Part shown: piece by piece, positions 23,669 to 33,935 of the stretch
How positions within the stretch are numbered: position 1 is the stretch's first letter
Layout: each line of letters begins with the position of its first letter
Assembly: GCA_014896355.1 (NCBI GenBank)
Contig: JADBKO010000020.1
Location: 21,852-85,851, forward strand
Direction: 5' to 3'
Length of the DNA: 64,000 nt
Source: Bacillota bacterium
Lineage (GTDB): Bacteria; Bacillota; UBA5301; Bu52
Program-made: the position numbers and the translations under genes
The notes under the pieces: model-generated
Database searches by the model: none
What the model saw: only the letters and a program-made list of their open reading frames with translations
Told to the model about the DNA's origin: nothing

Positions 23669-24556
23669 GTGGACATCCAGTGGTATCCGGGACACATGGC
23701 CAAAAGCCGCCGGGAACTGCAGGCGCGGCTGAAGATCACCGACCTGGTCATCGAGGTGGTGGATGCCCGCGCCCCCGCCAGCACCCGCAACCCGGACCTG
23801 CAGCCGCTGCTTTCCGGAAAACCGGTGGTCCTGGTTTTGAACAAGAGCGATCTGGCGGATCCCCAGGTGACTCCCCAATGGCAGGCTTGGTTCCGTCGCC
23901 GGGAAACGCCGTGCCTGGCAGTGGACAGCCGTCGGGGTGTTGGCGTGCCAGAGCTGTTGGAGATGATACACCTCCACCAGGAGCGGCCTGCCGGGCGGCT
24001 GCGGCCCTGGCGTGCGGTGGTGGTGGGCATCCCCAACGTGGGGAAGTCCGCACTGATCAACCAGCTGGCCCGCCGCAGAGCCATGGCCGTGGCGGATCGC
24101 CCCGGCGTGACCCGCGGCCCGCAGTGGTTGCGTTTGGGCCCGGCGTTGGAGCTATTGGACACCCCGGGGCTTTTGTGGCCTAAGTTCACGGATCCCGCGG
24201 CCGCTTTGCATCTGGCGCTGGTGGGTGCCATCGCCGAGGCGCGCCTGGACGCGTCAGAGTTGGCCGTGCGGCTGCTGGAGATCTTGCGAGACCGCTATCC
24301 CCAGGCGTTGCCGCGGCGCTACGGGGAGCCCCCGGACGATGGCCAGAATGACCCGCAGCGCTGGCTCGATTGGATCGGGCGCAGGCGGGGGCTTTTGGCA
24401 GCTGGAGGCAAAGTGGACCAGGAGCGGGCGGTCCGCGTGCTGTTGGGCGATTTCCGGGAGGGGCGCCTGGGTCCCGTGAGCCTGGAGAGGCCCGGCGAAG
24501 CGCAGGCGTCCCCAGGTCCCCTGGGCCCGGGCGTGGACAGGTCTGGAGGCGCATAG
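23669..24556 (+). CDS. rbgA: Ribosome biogenesis GTPase RbgA (YlqF)
   Basis: IQWYPGHMAK, NKSDL, GIPNVGKS, LDTPG. Confidence 0.96.
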   Translation: MDIQWYPGHMAKSRRELQARLKITDLVIEVVDARAPASTRNPDLQPLLSGKPVVLVLNKSDLADPQVTPQWQAWFRRRETPCLAVDSRRGVGVPELLEMIHLHQERPAGRLRPWRAVVVGIPNVGKSALINQLARRRAMAVADRPGVTRGPQWLRLGPALELLDTPGLLWPKFTDPAAALHLALVGAIAEARLDASELAVRLLEILRDRYPQALPRRYGEPPDDGQNDPQRWLDWIGRRRGLLAAGGKVDQERAVRVLLGDFREGRLGPVSLERPGEAQASPGPLGPGVDRSGGA

Positions 24557-24557
24557 C

Positions 24558-25625
24558 ATGGCAGGCCGGGGTGTAGCAGCCGGGCGCGGGCCCGGGGGTT
24601 CGCAGGGGCAGCGACGGGACAGCGCGGAAAACAGCCGGGTCGCGGCGGCCCTTCGCTGGGAGGCGCTGCAGGAGTTCGACGCACAGGTCATGGGCCTGCC
24701 TTCGGCTCGTGCCGGCGCCGCCCGGTATCTCCTGGCGGGCATGGATGAGGCAGGCCGGGGCCCCTTGGCAGGCCCGGTGGTGGCTGCGGCGGTGGTCCTA
24801 CGCCCTGGGGCCCGTTTGCCGGGTTTGGACGACTCCAAAGTCCTGCGCCCTTCCTTGCGGGAGGAGATTTTCCGGCAGGTGCTGCGCCAGGCCGCCGTGG
24901 GAACCGGTCTGGCTACGGCCCGGGAGATCGACACCCTGGGGATCCAGGCCGCCTGCGGATTGGCCATGCGGCGGGCTTGGTCCAGCCTGCCGGTACAACC
25001 GTGGGTGACGCTGGTGGACGGGCCGTGGGCTGTGCCGGGCCTGGCCGGGTTCCAGGTGCCGGTCATCGATGGTGATGCCCGCAGCGCTGCGGTGGCCGCT
25101 GCTTCGGTGGTGGCCAAGGTGTACCGGGACTGGCTCATGCGCTGGGCGGACCTGCGCTGGCCCGCGTACGGTTTTGCCCGGCACAAGGGCTACGGGACGG
25201 CGGAGCACTTCGCCGCCTTGCGGCGCTATGGCCCCTGCCCCTTGCACCGGCGCAGCTTCCTCTCGCATCTGGATGGACAGCCGGAGGGGGAGGCCGGCGA
25301 AGGCAATGCCGGTGAGCGCATCGCCCGTAGCATCGTCCCGGCTTTCGGCGGGGTAGCTGAGGCGGCTCTGCCGGTGGACGGCCTTGCCGTTGACGCCGTT
25401 TGTTCGGGGTGCGGATCGCGGTTCTTGCGCTCTTACTTTCCTTTGTTGCTTCCTTCCTTGTCCTTGGGGTGTTCACTTCCCGCTTTCTCTTTCCGGCATT
25501 TCCGCACATCGCCATTTTTACCCTTCACCAGCCCGAGGAGGAATCACTTGCTGGTTTTACGAATGATGGGATGCCTCCGCCCTGGGGCGCCTGGCATTCT
25601 GGGGTACTTCTGGCGGCTGGCGTAA
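24558..25625 (+). CDS. rnhB: Ribonuclease HII (homology ends ~25270; ORF runs on into anomalous sequence)
   Basis: GMDEAGRGPLAGPVVAAA, DDSK, AAASVVAKV, HKGYGT, HRRSF. Confidence 0.9.
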   Translation: MAGRGVAAGRGPGGSQGQRRDSAENSRVAAALRWEALQEFDAQVMGLPSARAGAARYLLAGMDEAGRGPLAGPVVAAAVVLRPGARLPGLDDSKVLRPSLREEIFRQVLRQAAVGTGLATAREIDTLGIQAACGLAMRRAWSSLPVQPWVTLVDGPWAVPGLAGFQVPVIDGDARSAAVAAASVVAKVYRDWLMRWADLRWPAYGFARHKGYGTAEHFAALRRYGPCPLHRRSFLSHLDGQPEGEAGEGNAGERIARSIVPAFGGVAEAALPVDGLAVDAVCSGCGSRFLRSYFPLLLPSLSLGCSLPAFSFRHFRTSPFLPFTSPRRNHLLVLRMMGCLRPGAPGILGYFWRLA

Positions 25626-25734
25626 TCCGGGGGCGCTCTTGAACGGCCGGAGCGAATGGGGAGCGTCACTTGAACCGGATGGAGGCCAGGCAGCCCAGGC
25701 TTGCCCGGCGCTTCCGGAAGACAGTCCCACTCTG

Positions 25735-26187
25735 ATGCCTGCCATTTTGCTGCTGGCCAGGCAGTGGCGCAGGCGGCAACGGCGGGTCTGGGGTGCCTGG
25801 GCCGAGGAGGCGGCGGCCCGGTACCTGTCAACGGGCCGTTCCTGGTACGTCCTGGCCCGCAACTGGCGTGTGGTGTCTGGAGAAGCGGACCTGGTCTGTT
25901 TTTGCCCGGAGGATCACGCCCTGGTCATCGTGGAGGTTCGGGCCCGGCGCAGGAGGGAACTGGAGATGGCAGCTTCCAGCGTCCGCCGCCGCAAACTGCA
26001 AAGGCAGCGGAGCCTGGCCTGGCGGGCGTACCTGACGTGGCGCGATCTGGCGGGAGCCAAGCCTCTGGGGCTACGGGTGGACGTGATCACCGTGTCGTGG
26101 CTTGGTCCGTCGGGTGGCCTCACCGGGGGTGCCCGCCTGTGGCACCTGGTGGGCGTAGGCTGCGGGCCTTGCGGGCCGGGTGGGTGA
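25735..26187 (+). CDS. yraN: YraN-family (UPF0102) endonuclease
   Basis: [14 protein letters not shown]...GEADLV, VEVRAR, RVDVI; rnhB-yraN-comM synteny; start uncertain. Confidence 0.82.
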   Translation: MPAILLLARQWRRRQRRVWGAWAEEAAARYLSTGRSWYVLARNWRVVSGEADLVCFCPEDHALVIVEVRARRRRELEMAASSVRRRKLQRQRSLAWRAYLTWRDLAGAKPLGLRVDVITVSWLGPSGGLTGGARLWHLVGVGCGPCGPGG

Positions 26188-26255
26188 AAAGGTTCGTGCC
26201 AAACGGCCATGGAAGGGAAGAAGGGACGGCAAAAAAGGGGTGTTCCGTTGCAGCC

Positions 26256-27928
26256 ATGCTGGCACGGGCGACGGGGGCTGCCCTGATGGGCATTGAAGGG
26301 TATTTGGTCCACGTGGAGGTGGACATCCAGCCGGGTTTACCGGATTTCGTCATCAGCGGCCTGCCTGGAGCCGTGGTGAAGGAAAGCCGGGAAAGGGTCC
26401 GGGCTGCCTTGCACAACTCGGGGTTTCGCTTTCCCCTGATGCGTATCACGGTCAACCTTGCCCCGGCCCAGGTACGCAAGGAACGGGCCGTCTTCGATCT
26501 GGCCATCGCACTGGGGGTGCTCGCCGCCAGCCAACAAATCCCTTCGGCGGCCTTGGAGGGCGTGGTGTTTCTGGGGGAATTGGGACTGGACGGCGCAGTG
26601 CAGCCGGTTCCCGGCGTACTGGCCATGGTCCAGGCCGCTCTTGCCCGTAGATACAAAGTGGTCTTGCCCGCCGCGAATCTGGCCGAGGCTCTGTGGGTAC
26701 CGCATGCCTGCTATTTGGTCGGCCGTTCCCTGACCCAGGTGGTACAGGATCTGCTTTACCGGAGGAACGCCTGGAGAAAGGTTCCCGCCGCCGGCTCCAA
26801 GGAGGGATCTTTCGCGGAGGCAGAAGGCGGGGAAGGGGCTCCAGACTTCGGCGTGGGGGACGAATCCCCCGGGTTGGACCAGGTGATCGGGCAATGGCAG
26901 GCCAAGCGGGCGCTGCAGATCGCTGCGGCGGGATTCCACAACCTGCTGATGGTAGGCCCGCCCGGCAGTGGAAAGACCATGCTGGCCCGGTGTCTGCCGG
27001 GATTGCTGCCACCGCTGAGCAAGGAGGAGGCCCTGGAGATCCTCAAGATCGCCTCCGCCGCCGGCCAGGCCGAGGCGTTTCTACGCCAGGGAAAGATCCG
27101 CAGGCCTTTCCGGGCCGTGCACCACACGGCCACAGCAGTGGCTCTGGTAGGGGGTGGGGCGAACCCGTTGCCGGGCGAAATCACCCTGGCCCACGGCGGC
27201 GTGTTGTTCCTGGACGAGCTGGCGGAGTTCCGGCGGGAGGCCCTAGAGGCGCTGCGCCAGCCTCTGGAAGACGGAGTGGTACACGTTTCCCGGGCTGGCC
27301 GGACGGTGACTTATCCCTGCAAAATAATTGCAATTTTTTCGATGAATCCTTGTCATGTGGCTTCTACTTAGACCCAGCCAGGCCCTGCCGCTGCCGTTCC
27401 GGAGATATCGCCCGCTATTGGCGCCGTCTCTCGGGCCCCCTTGTGGACAGGCTGGACTTGGCGGTGTTCCTGGAGCGGATGGTGGCCTCCGACTGGGATC
27501 AATGGACGGACCGCTTTGGGCGTCCGCAGGACGTAGGCAGCGGGCGGCCGGCGGAGAAGTGGTCTGTTCAGAGGGAGGCAGGAAGTGGAGACGGTACCTC
27601 GCAAGCGGCCACGGCTCTGGACTTCCGGGAGCGGATCCTGGAAGCCCACGACCGTCAGCGCCGCCGCCTGGCAGCCCTGGGAGAGCCGTTCGTGCCCAAC
27701 GGACGGCTGGCCCCGGCTCCGCTGGAAAGGGTGCTCCGTGCCACACCCGGGGCGCTGGCGCTTCTGCGCCAGGCGGGCGGTGCGCTGCACCTGAATTTCC
27801 GCTCCGTCGCCCGCATATCCAGGGTGGCCCGCACCATCGCAGACCTGGAGAGATCGGACAAGGTGTGTGAAGACCACATGGCCGAGGCGCTGCATTACCG
27901 GCAAGAAGTGGTAGTGCCGGCAGTTTAA
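26256..27928 (+). pseudogene. comM: ComM/YifB Mg-chelatase-like AAA+ helicase, frameshifted at 27354-27355
   Basis: [43 protein letters not shown] in one frame; CGFY..CRC, LSGPLVDRLD, RVARTIADL in the next frame. Confidence 0.9.
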
Positions 27929-28054
27929 GGGGTCCTGCGCGCAGCATGAGGCAAGAAACGGGTGGGGATGCTAACGCGGTCAGGGACTGCAGACATCGAC
28001 GGCCACAGGAGGGAGATCCGGGCCGGGAATCAAACCCGGGCTCAGGGTGGCAAG

Positions 28055-28294
28055 ATGACCGCACGAAGCAGCCACGATTTGACGGGCCGACAGGTTTACA
28101 CCTGCCCCCGTTGCCGGGTAGATACCGCCCATCTGATTCTGGCCAAACGCCAGCGGGTGTATGCTGTACTGTGCACCAACTGCCGGCTGCCTTCGCTGGT
28201 GCGTGAGGAAGACCTGCTTTACTGCAACTCGAAGTGGGCTGACGAGTTAAAGAACATCCTTCATTCCCTGGATGACCGGGATGGGCACGATTAG
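28055..28294 (+). CDS. Small hypothetical zinc-ribbon protein
   Basis: 79 aa with CPRC and CTNC, acidic C-terminal helix; fills comM-dprA gap on the coding strand. Confidence 0.7.
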   Translation: MTARSSHDLTGRQVYTCPRCRVDTAHLILAKRQRVYAVLCTNCRLPSLVREEDLLYCNSKWADELKNILHSLDDRDGHD

Positions 28295-28430
28295 ACAGCG
28301 GGACTAGGCAGGAAGAAAAGACCTCTCGATGGGGACGGCTGCCGGCCGGCGGACGAATCCCGCCCCACTCCGGGAGGCCAAGCCTGAGGACAAGCCATGA
28401 CCAGTTTGAAGAGCGACATGGGCGAAGCTT

Positions 28431-29786
28431 ATGGAGGTGGAACCATTGGGCGGGGAGGCATGTCTTCCGCCGACGCAGGCTGCCGCGCGAGACTGTGTCA
28501 GCGCGGAGGAACGGGCTTGCCGCATGGCGCTGATGGCCACGCCGCAGATCGGGCCGCGAACCTATGCGAAGCTGCTGGAGCAGCATGGAAGCGCCCGGGC
28601 GGCCTGGGAAAGGGGTCCCGGCGCCTGGCATCCGGCACTGCGGGTCTCGCCCCCCCAGCTGGCGGAGATGCAACAGTGGTGGCGTAGCGCGGATCCCATG
28701 CGGATGCTGGCTGCGGCCCAGGCGCAGGGTTGGCAGGTCACAGTGCTGGAGGACCGTCTTTATCCGGAGTTATTGAAGGAGATCCCCGACCCTCCACCGG
28801 TATTGTATATCTGGGGTCAAGTCCTGGCCTCCGACCGATGGGCGCTGGCGGTGGTGGGCACCCGGAAACCCTCTCTGCGAGGACGGGTGCGCACTCGGCA
28901 GGTGGTGCAGGCCCTGGCGGGCACAGGATGGACCATCGTCAGTGGCATGGCCCGCGGCATCGACCGGTTGGCTCACGAAGCAGCACTGGAAGTTGGCGGC
29001 CGTACGTTGGCGGTCCTGGGTTCCGGGTTGGATCAGGTCTACCCGCCGGAGAACCGCCCCTTGGCCGAGCGTATCGCACAACGGGGGGCGGTCATCAGCG
29101 AGTTTCCCGCAGGGACACCGCCGCTTCCCCAGCATTTCCCGCGCCGTAACCGGGTCATCAGCGGGCTCTCCTGGGCAAGTCTGATCATGGAGGCGGGCGA
29201 AAAAAGCGGGGCGCTCATTACGGCGCACTTCAGCCTGGATTATAACCGCTCCGTCCTGGCGTTTCCTGGCCCGCCGGAGGACCCGGCCTACGCCGGAAAC
29301 CTGGCGTTGCTGCGTCGTCAGGAAGCCGCGCTGGTGCGGGATGTGGCAGACGTCCTGGAGGAGTTGAAGCATTCCCCAGGGCTCCCGTCTTTGCCGCTTT
29401 TCGCGCCCGGGACTAGCCAGGGTTCGGGTTCTTCTTCAGATGCCGGCAACGAGGCCGCATTGGACCATGGCCCATCACCCTGGACCGGCCTCCAGCCGGC
29501 AGGGAGGGCCGCAGCTGATCCCGTGATGCGGGCGATGGAGGCCGGCGCCGGCACGGTGGATGAGATCTGCGCCCGCCTGGGGCGGCCCGCGGCGGAGGTG
29601 CAGGCCCGGCTGGCTTTGATGGAGCTGGCCGGGGTGGTGGAGAGGCAGTACGGGCGTTATGTCCTGATTGGGAAGGAACATAGGCCTGCTGTGCGGAACA
29701 CAGGCAGGGAACACGGTCTGGCCAAAGCCGGCGAGGGCCGCGGGCAGGGCAGCGGCGGTTTACAAAGGTGGGAGCGCCCACTATAA
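28431..29786 (+). CDS. dprA: DNA-processing protein DprA
   Basis: YPELLKEIPDPPPVL, AVVGTR, VSGMARGID, FPRRNRVISGLS; C-terminal winged helix; start uncertain. Confidence 0.95.
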   Translation: MEVEPLGGEACLPPTQAAARDCVSAEERACRMALMATPQIGPRTYAKLLEQHGSARAAWERGPGAWHPALRVSPPQLAEMQQWWRSADPMRMLAAAQAQGWQVTVLEDRLYPELLKEIPDPPPVLYIWGQVLASDRWALAVVGTRKPSLRGRVRTRQVVQALAGTGWTIVSGMARGIDRLAHEAALEVGGRTLAVLGSGLDQVYPPENRPLAERIAQRGAVISEFPAGTPPLPQHFPRRNRVISGLSWASLIMEAGEKSGALITAHFSLDYNRSVLAFPGPPEDPAYAGNLALLRRQEAALVRDVADVLEELKHSPGLPSLPLFAPGTSQGSGSSSDAGNEAALDHGPSPWTGLQPAGRAAADPVMRAMEAGAGTVDEICARLGRPAAEVQARLALMELAGVVERQYGRYVLIGKEHRPAVRNTGREHGLAKAGEGRGQGSGGLQRWERPL

Positions 29787-29787
29787 T
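29759..29787 (+). promoter_or_regulatory. SigA-type promoter upstream of smg-topA
   Basis: TTTACA(29759-64)-17 nt-TATAAT(29782-87), near-consensus in a GC-rich context. Confidence 0.75.
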
Positions 29788-29864
29788 ATATGGAAGATTG
29801 CCGGGTTGTCCGTCCTTGACAGGCAGGCCTGGGCGCTGCTCCTCGGGCGCAAGGGGGAAGGTAC

Positions 29865-30344
29865 ATGAATGAGCGGGTGGGGGAAATCGTGGCTTGGTTG
29901 ATCCGGCAGTTTCTGTATGGCGAGCAGCCTGTGGTGGCCCAGGAGACCTTGGTTCGTGATCTGGTCCGGCGCGGATACTCCCTGGACGAGATTCACGCGG
30001 CCTTCGCCAGTGTGTTTATGCCTCCAGATCCGGACGACGAGACGCCGGCTTCCAATCCGGGAATGGGGAAGGCTGCCCCGGGCCGGGCCTTCACGCCGCT
30101 GGAGATCGCCAAGATCAGTCCCGCTGCCCGCGGGATGCTGGTCTATTTGAGCCACGTGGGGCTGCTTCAGCCGGGTGAGCTGGAGGTTTTGCTGCTGGAG
30201 GCCGTGGACGCCAATACCCCAGAGGTGGGAATGAAGGAGATTCGCTGGCTTCTCAGCCAGGTCATTCAGGATCCCGACCGGGCCCTCATGGCCACAGGCG
30301 GTGATCCCTACTTCGCCGACCCCCCGGAAGGGAATTCCCATTAG
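29865..30344 (+). CDS. DUF494 / Smg-family protein
   Basis: ERVGEIV..L, L...GYSLDEIHAAF, RAFTPLE..KIS..ARGML; dprA-X-topA position. Confidence 0.75.
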   Translation: MNERVGEIVAWLIRQFLYGEQPVVAQETLVRDLVRRGYSLDEIHAAFASVFMPPDPDDETPASNPGMGKAAPGRAFTPLEIAKISPAARGMLVYLSHVGLLQPGELEVLLLEAVDANTPEVGMKEIRWLLSQVIQDPDRALMATGGDPYFADPPEGNSH

Positions 30345-30372
30345 TTAGTCCATTCAAGGACCGTGATCGATA

Positions 30373-32580
30373 TTGGGCAAGACCCTGGTCATTGTAGAGT
30401 CGCCGGCGAAGGCCAAGACCATCTCCAAGTTCTTGGGCCGGCAGTACACGGTTAAAGCGTCCGTGGGACATGTGCGGGACCTGCCGCGCAGCCAGTTCGG
30501 CGTCGATATCGCCCATGGTTTCGCCCCGAAATATATCAATATCCGTGGCAAGGGTGAAGTGATCAAGGAGCTGCGTGCTGCTGCCAATAGCGCCTCCCAA
30601 GTTCTGCTGGCCACGGACCCCGACCGGGAAGGCGAGGCCATATCCTGGCATCTGGGGCAAGTCCTGGGGCTGAGCCTGCAGAAGCCCTGCCGCATCGAGT
30701 TCCACGAGATCACCCGTAACGCCATTCAACAGGCCCTCAAGAACCCCCGAATGATCGATATGCGCCTGGTGGATGCCCAGCAAGGCCGGCGGGTGCTGGA
30801 TCGGCTGGTGGGGTACCAGCTGAGCCCTCTGCTGTGGCGCAAGATCCGCAGGGGCCTCAGCGCCGGCCGGGTGCAATCTGTTGCGTTGCGCCTCATCGTG
30901 GACCGGGAAAGAGAAGTCCGGGCCTTCGTTCCCCAGGAATACTGGACTATCACGGCCCATCTTCATCCACAAGCCGACCCGGGGGCCGTATTCGCAGCGC
31001 GCCTGCTGGAAAAAAGCGGCAGCCGCGTGGAGATCCCCACCCAGGCCGTGGCCGACCAGATGGTGGCCGAGCTGGAAAAGGCTTCGTTTGTCGTCCAAGA
31101 CGTGATCTGCAAAGAGAAACGGCGTTACGCCGCGCCGCCCTTCACCACCAGCAGCCTGCAGCAGGAGGCCGCCCGCAAGCTGGGCTTTACGGCCCGCAAG
31201 ACCATGCAGATTGCCCAGCAGCTCTATGAGGGGTTGGAGGTGGGCTCCGAGGGACCCGTAGGATTGGTGACCTACATCCGCACCGATGCGGTACGGGTGG
31301 CGCCGGAGGCGGAGGCCATGGCCCGCCAGTTCATTGCCGGGCAGTGGGGAACAGAATACGTTCCGCCCCGGCCGCCGCAATACAAGGCCCGCGCTTCAGC
31401 CCAACAGGCCCACGAGGCTATTCGGCCCACATCGGTGGAGCGGACTCCGGATTCGTTGGCCCCCTATTTGAGAAGAGACCAGCTGCGTCTGTATAAGCTG
31501 ATCTGGGACCGTTTCCTGGCCAGCCAGATGGCTCCGGCGATTCTGGATACCATCCGGGCAGACATTGTGGCAGGATCTTATCTTCTGCGTGCCACCGGGT
31601 CCCAGGTGAAGTTCCCTGGCTTCCTGCGCCTGTATGAGGAGGGAAAGGACGAGGCGGCCCGGCGCCAGTCCGGCGCAGGATCGGAGCCGGAGAGCGAGGA
31701 GGGCGGCGCTTCTGCCGAAGGGTGGCTGCCTCCTTTGGAGAAGGGGCAGACACTGGGTTTGAAGCGGTTGGAGCCGGAGCAGCACTTCACCGAACCGCCC
31801 CCGCGCTATACAGAAGCCTCGCTGGTCAAAACCCTGGAGGAGCTTGGGATCGGCCGCCCCAGCACCTACGCGGCCATCATTGACACCTTGCGGGAGCGGG
31901 AGTACGTCCAGATGGTGGAACGGCATTTCCAGCCCACCGAGTTGGGCATAGTGGTCACAGACCTGCTGCGCAAGCATTTTCCGGCCATCGTGGATGTGGA
32001 GTTCACAGCTCGCATGGAGGAGCGCCTGGACCAGGTGGAAGAAGGTCTGATCCCCTGGCAGACTGTGGTACAGGAGTTTTATAGCCCCTTTTCTGAGATG
32101 CTGGCCAAAGCAGACAAAGAGATTGAGAGAGTTCAGGTCCAGGCAGAGCCCGCAGGGGAAACCTGTGAGCTCTGTGGCCGGCCCATGGTGGTCAGACGCG
32201 GGCGTTTCGGCCCGTTTGTGGCCTGCTCTGGCTATCCAGAATGTAAGAATACCCATCCGCTGCGTAAGCGGACCGGCGTCCGTTGCCCCGAATGTGGCGG
32301 GGAGATCGTCCAGCGCCGCAGTAAGAAAGGGCGGGTTTTCTACGGATGTGAGAAGTATCCATCCTGCCGCTTTGTCACATGGTACGAGCCGGTGGCCAAG
32401 GCCTGCCCCCGTTGCGGGAAATTCCTGGTCCGGCGCAGGCGGGGAAAGCAGACGATTCTAGCCTGCGTCGATGAGCAATGCGGATACACCGAGGAGGCGG
32501 CGCTTCCGGACGAGGCTTCCCAGGGGGAACAGGGGGGCCAGGAGGAGTTGAAGACCGTATCGCATGGGATTCACCACTGA
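30373..32580 (+). CDS. topA: DNA topoisomerase I
   Basis: LVIVESPAKAKTI, ATDPDREGEAI, SAGRVQS, TYIRTD; C-terminal Zn ribbons. Confidence 0.98.
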   Translation: MGKTLVIVESPAKAKTISKFLGRQYTVKASVGHVRDLPRSQFGVDIAHGFAPKYINIRGKGEVIKELRAAANSASQVLLATDPDREGEAISWHLGQVLGLSLQKPCRIEFHEITRNAIQQALKNPRMIDMRLVDAQQGRRVLDRLVGYQLSPLLWRKIRRGLSAGRVQSVALRLIVDREREVRAFVPQEYWTITAHLHPQADPGAVFAARLLEKSGSRVEIPTQAVADQMVAELEKASFVVQDVICKEKRRYAAPPFTTSSLQQEAARKLGFTARKTMQIAQQLYEGLEVGSEGPVGLVTYIRTDAVRVAPEAEAMARQFIAGQWGTEYVPPRPPQYKARASAQQAHEAIRPTSVERTPDSLAPYLRRDQLRLYKLIWDRFLASQMAPAILDTIRADIVAGSYLLRATGSQVKFPGFLRLYEEGKDEAARRQSGAGSEPESEEGGASAEGWLPPLEKGQTLGLKRLEPEQHFTEPPPRYTEASLVKTLEELGIGRPSTYAAIIDTLREREYVQMVERHFQPTELGIVVTDLLRKHFPAIVDVEFTARMEERLDQVEEGLIPWQTVVQEFYSPFSEMLAKADKEIERVQVQAEPAGETCELCGRPMVVRRGRFGPFVACSGYPECKNTHPLRKRTGVRCPECGGEIVQRRSKKGRVFYGCEKYPSCRFVTWYEPVAKACPRCGKFLVRRRRGKQTILACVDEQCGYTEEAALPDEASQGEQGGQEELKTVSHGIHH

Positions 32581-33922
32581 TCTTCAGGGAACGAGCGGCC
32601 CGGGGGAAACCAACGGTCGCGTAGTGGTCATCGGTGCCGGGTTGGCTGGGTCGGAGGCGGCTTGGCAGGCAGCGCAGGCCGGTACCTGGGTGGAACTCTG
32701 GGAGATGCGCCCGCAAGTGATGACTCCTGCGCATCAGACGGGAGACTGTGCAGAACTGGTCTGCAGTAATTCGCTGCACTCCAACCGGCTGGAGTCGGCC
32801 TCTGGCCTGCTGAAAGAGGAGCTACGGCGCCTGGATTCGGTGATTCTGGCCGCAGCCGATGCCCACGCCGTCCCGGCCGGCCAGGCCCTGGCAGTGGAAC
32901 GACGGGTCTTTGCGCAGGACGTTACAGCCCGGCTCCAGGCCCATCCACGCATTCGAATGGTACGCCGGGAGCGGCAAGCCTTATGGCCCTTGGATGCCGT
33001 GACGGTGGTGGCCACGGGGCCCTTGACCTCGCCGGCCTTGGCTAAGGACATTGCGGCGTTCGTCGGCACCGACTTCCTTTATTTCTATGACGCCGCGGCG
33101 CCCATCGTGACGGCGGAGAGCATCGACTACTCCCGGGCCTTTTGGGGCTCCCGCTACCAGCGGGGACAGGCGGACTACCTGAACTGCCCGCTCTCCGAGG
33201 AGGAATATCGTGTTTTCTGGCAGGCTCTGGTGGAGGCCGAACAGGCGCCCCTAGAAGCTGCCGACGCAGAGATGCACTATTTCGAAGGCTGCTTGCCTGT
33301 GGAGGTCATGGCCCGGCGGGGTCCGGAGACCCTGGCCTACGGGCCCCTGAAACCCGTGGGACTGCGGGACCCACGCACAGGGAAAAGGCCGTACGCCGTG
33401 GTGCAGTTGCGCCGGGAGGACCGGGAAGGCCGTCTTTTCAACCTCGTGGGCTTTCAGACCCGCCTCAAGTGGGGCGAGCAGGAGCGGGTCTTTCGGATGA
33501 TTCCGGCTCTGGCAAACGCGGAATTCGTGCGTTTCGGGGTCATGCACCGTAATACGTTTCTCAATGCGCCGCAGGTGTTGTTGCCTACCTACCAGAGCCG
33601 CCGCGAGCCGCGGCTTTTTTTTGCGGGCCAGATGACCGGGGTGGAAGGCTACATTGAGTCGTGTGCCAGCGGCCTGATTGCGGGCAGAAATGCCGCCCGC
33701 CTGGCCCAAGGACTAGAGCCCCTGGCTTTTCCCCGCGAGACGATGCTTGGGGCCATGGCCCGCTTCATCACCGAGGCGGATCCCGGGAATTTCCAGCCCA
33801 TGAACGCCACCTTGGCGCTCCTGCCCCCCCTGGAGCCGGCGGTCCGGGACAAGCGGCGCCGACACCAGCTGCTGGCAGAGCGGGCTTTGCAGGCCCTGGA
33901 GCGTTTCATACGCGGATTATAG
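32564..33922 (+). CDS. trmFO: Folate/FAD-dependent tRNA (uracil-5)-methyltransferase TrmFO (Gid)
   Basis: [35 protein letters not shown]. Confidence 0.97.
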   Translation: MGFTTDLQGTSGPGETNGRVVVIGAGLAGSEAAWQAAQAGTWVELWEMRPQVMTPAHQTGDCAELVCSNSLHSNRLESASGLLKEELRRLDSVILAAADAHAVPAGQALAVERRVFAQDVTARLQAHPRIRMVRRERQALWPLDAVTVVATGPLTSPALAKDIAAFVGTDFLYFYDAAAPIVTAESIDYSRAFWGSRYQRGQADYLNCPLSEEEYRVFWQALVEAEQAPLEAADAEMHYFEGCLPVEVMARRGPETLAYGPLKPVGLRDPRTGKRPYAVVQLRREDREGRLFNLVGFQTRLKWGEQERVFRMIPALANAEFVRFGVMHRNTFLNAPQVLLPTYQSRREPRLFFAGQMTGVEGYIESCASGLIAGRNAARLAQGLEPLAFPRETMLGAMARFITEADPGNFQPMNATLALLPPLEPAVRDKRRRHQLLAERALQALERFIRGL

Positions 33923-33935
33923 GGAGGCGAGGGTC

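Noticed and set aside
25930..25950. YraN EVRAR instead of EVK as a catalytically dead nuclease
   Set aside because: Arg at this position occurs in many YraN family members, so it is not diagnostic
27334..27339. T6 run as a programmed frameshift or phase-variation site for comM
   Set aside because: The conserved MNPC lies downstream of the run in the original frame, so slippage there would not restore MNPCPCG
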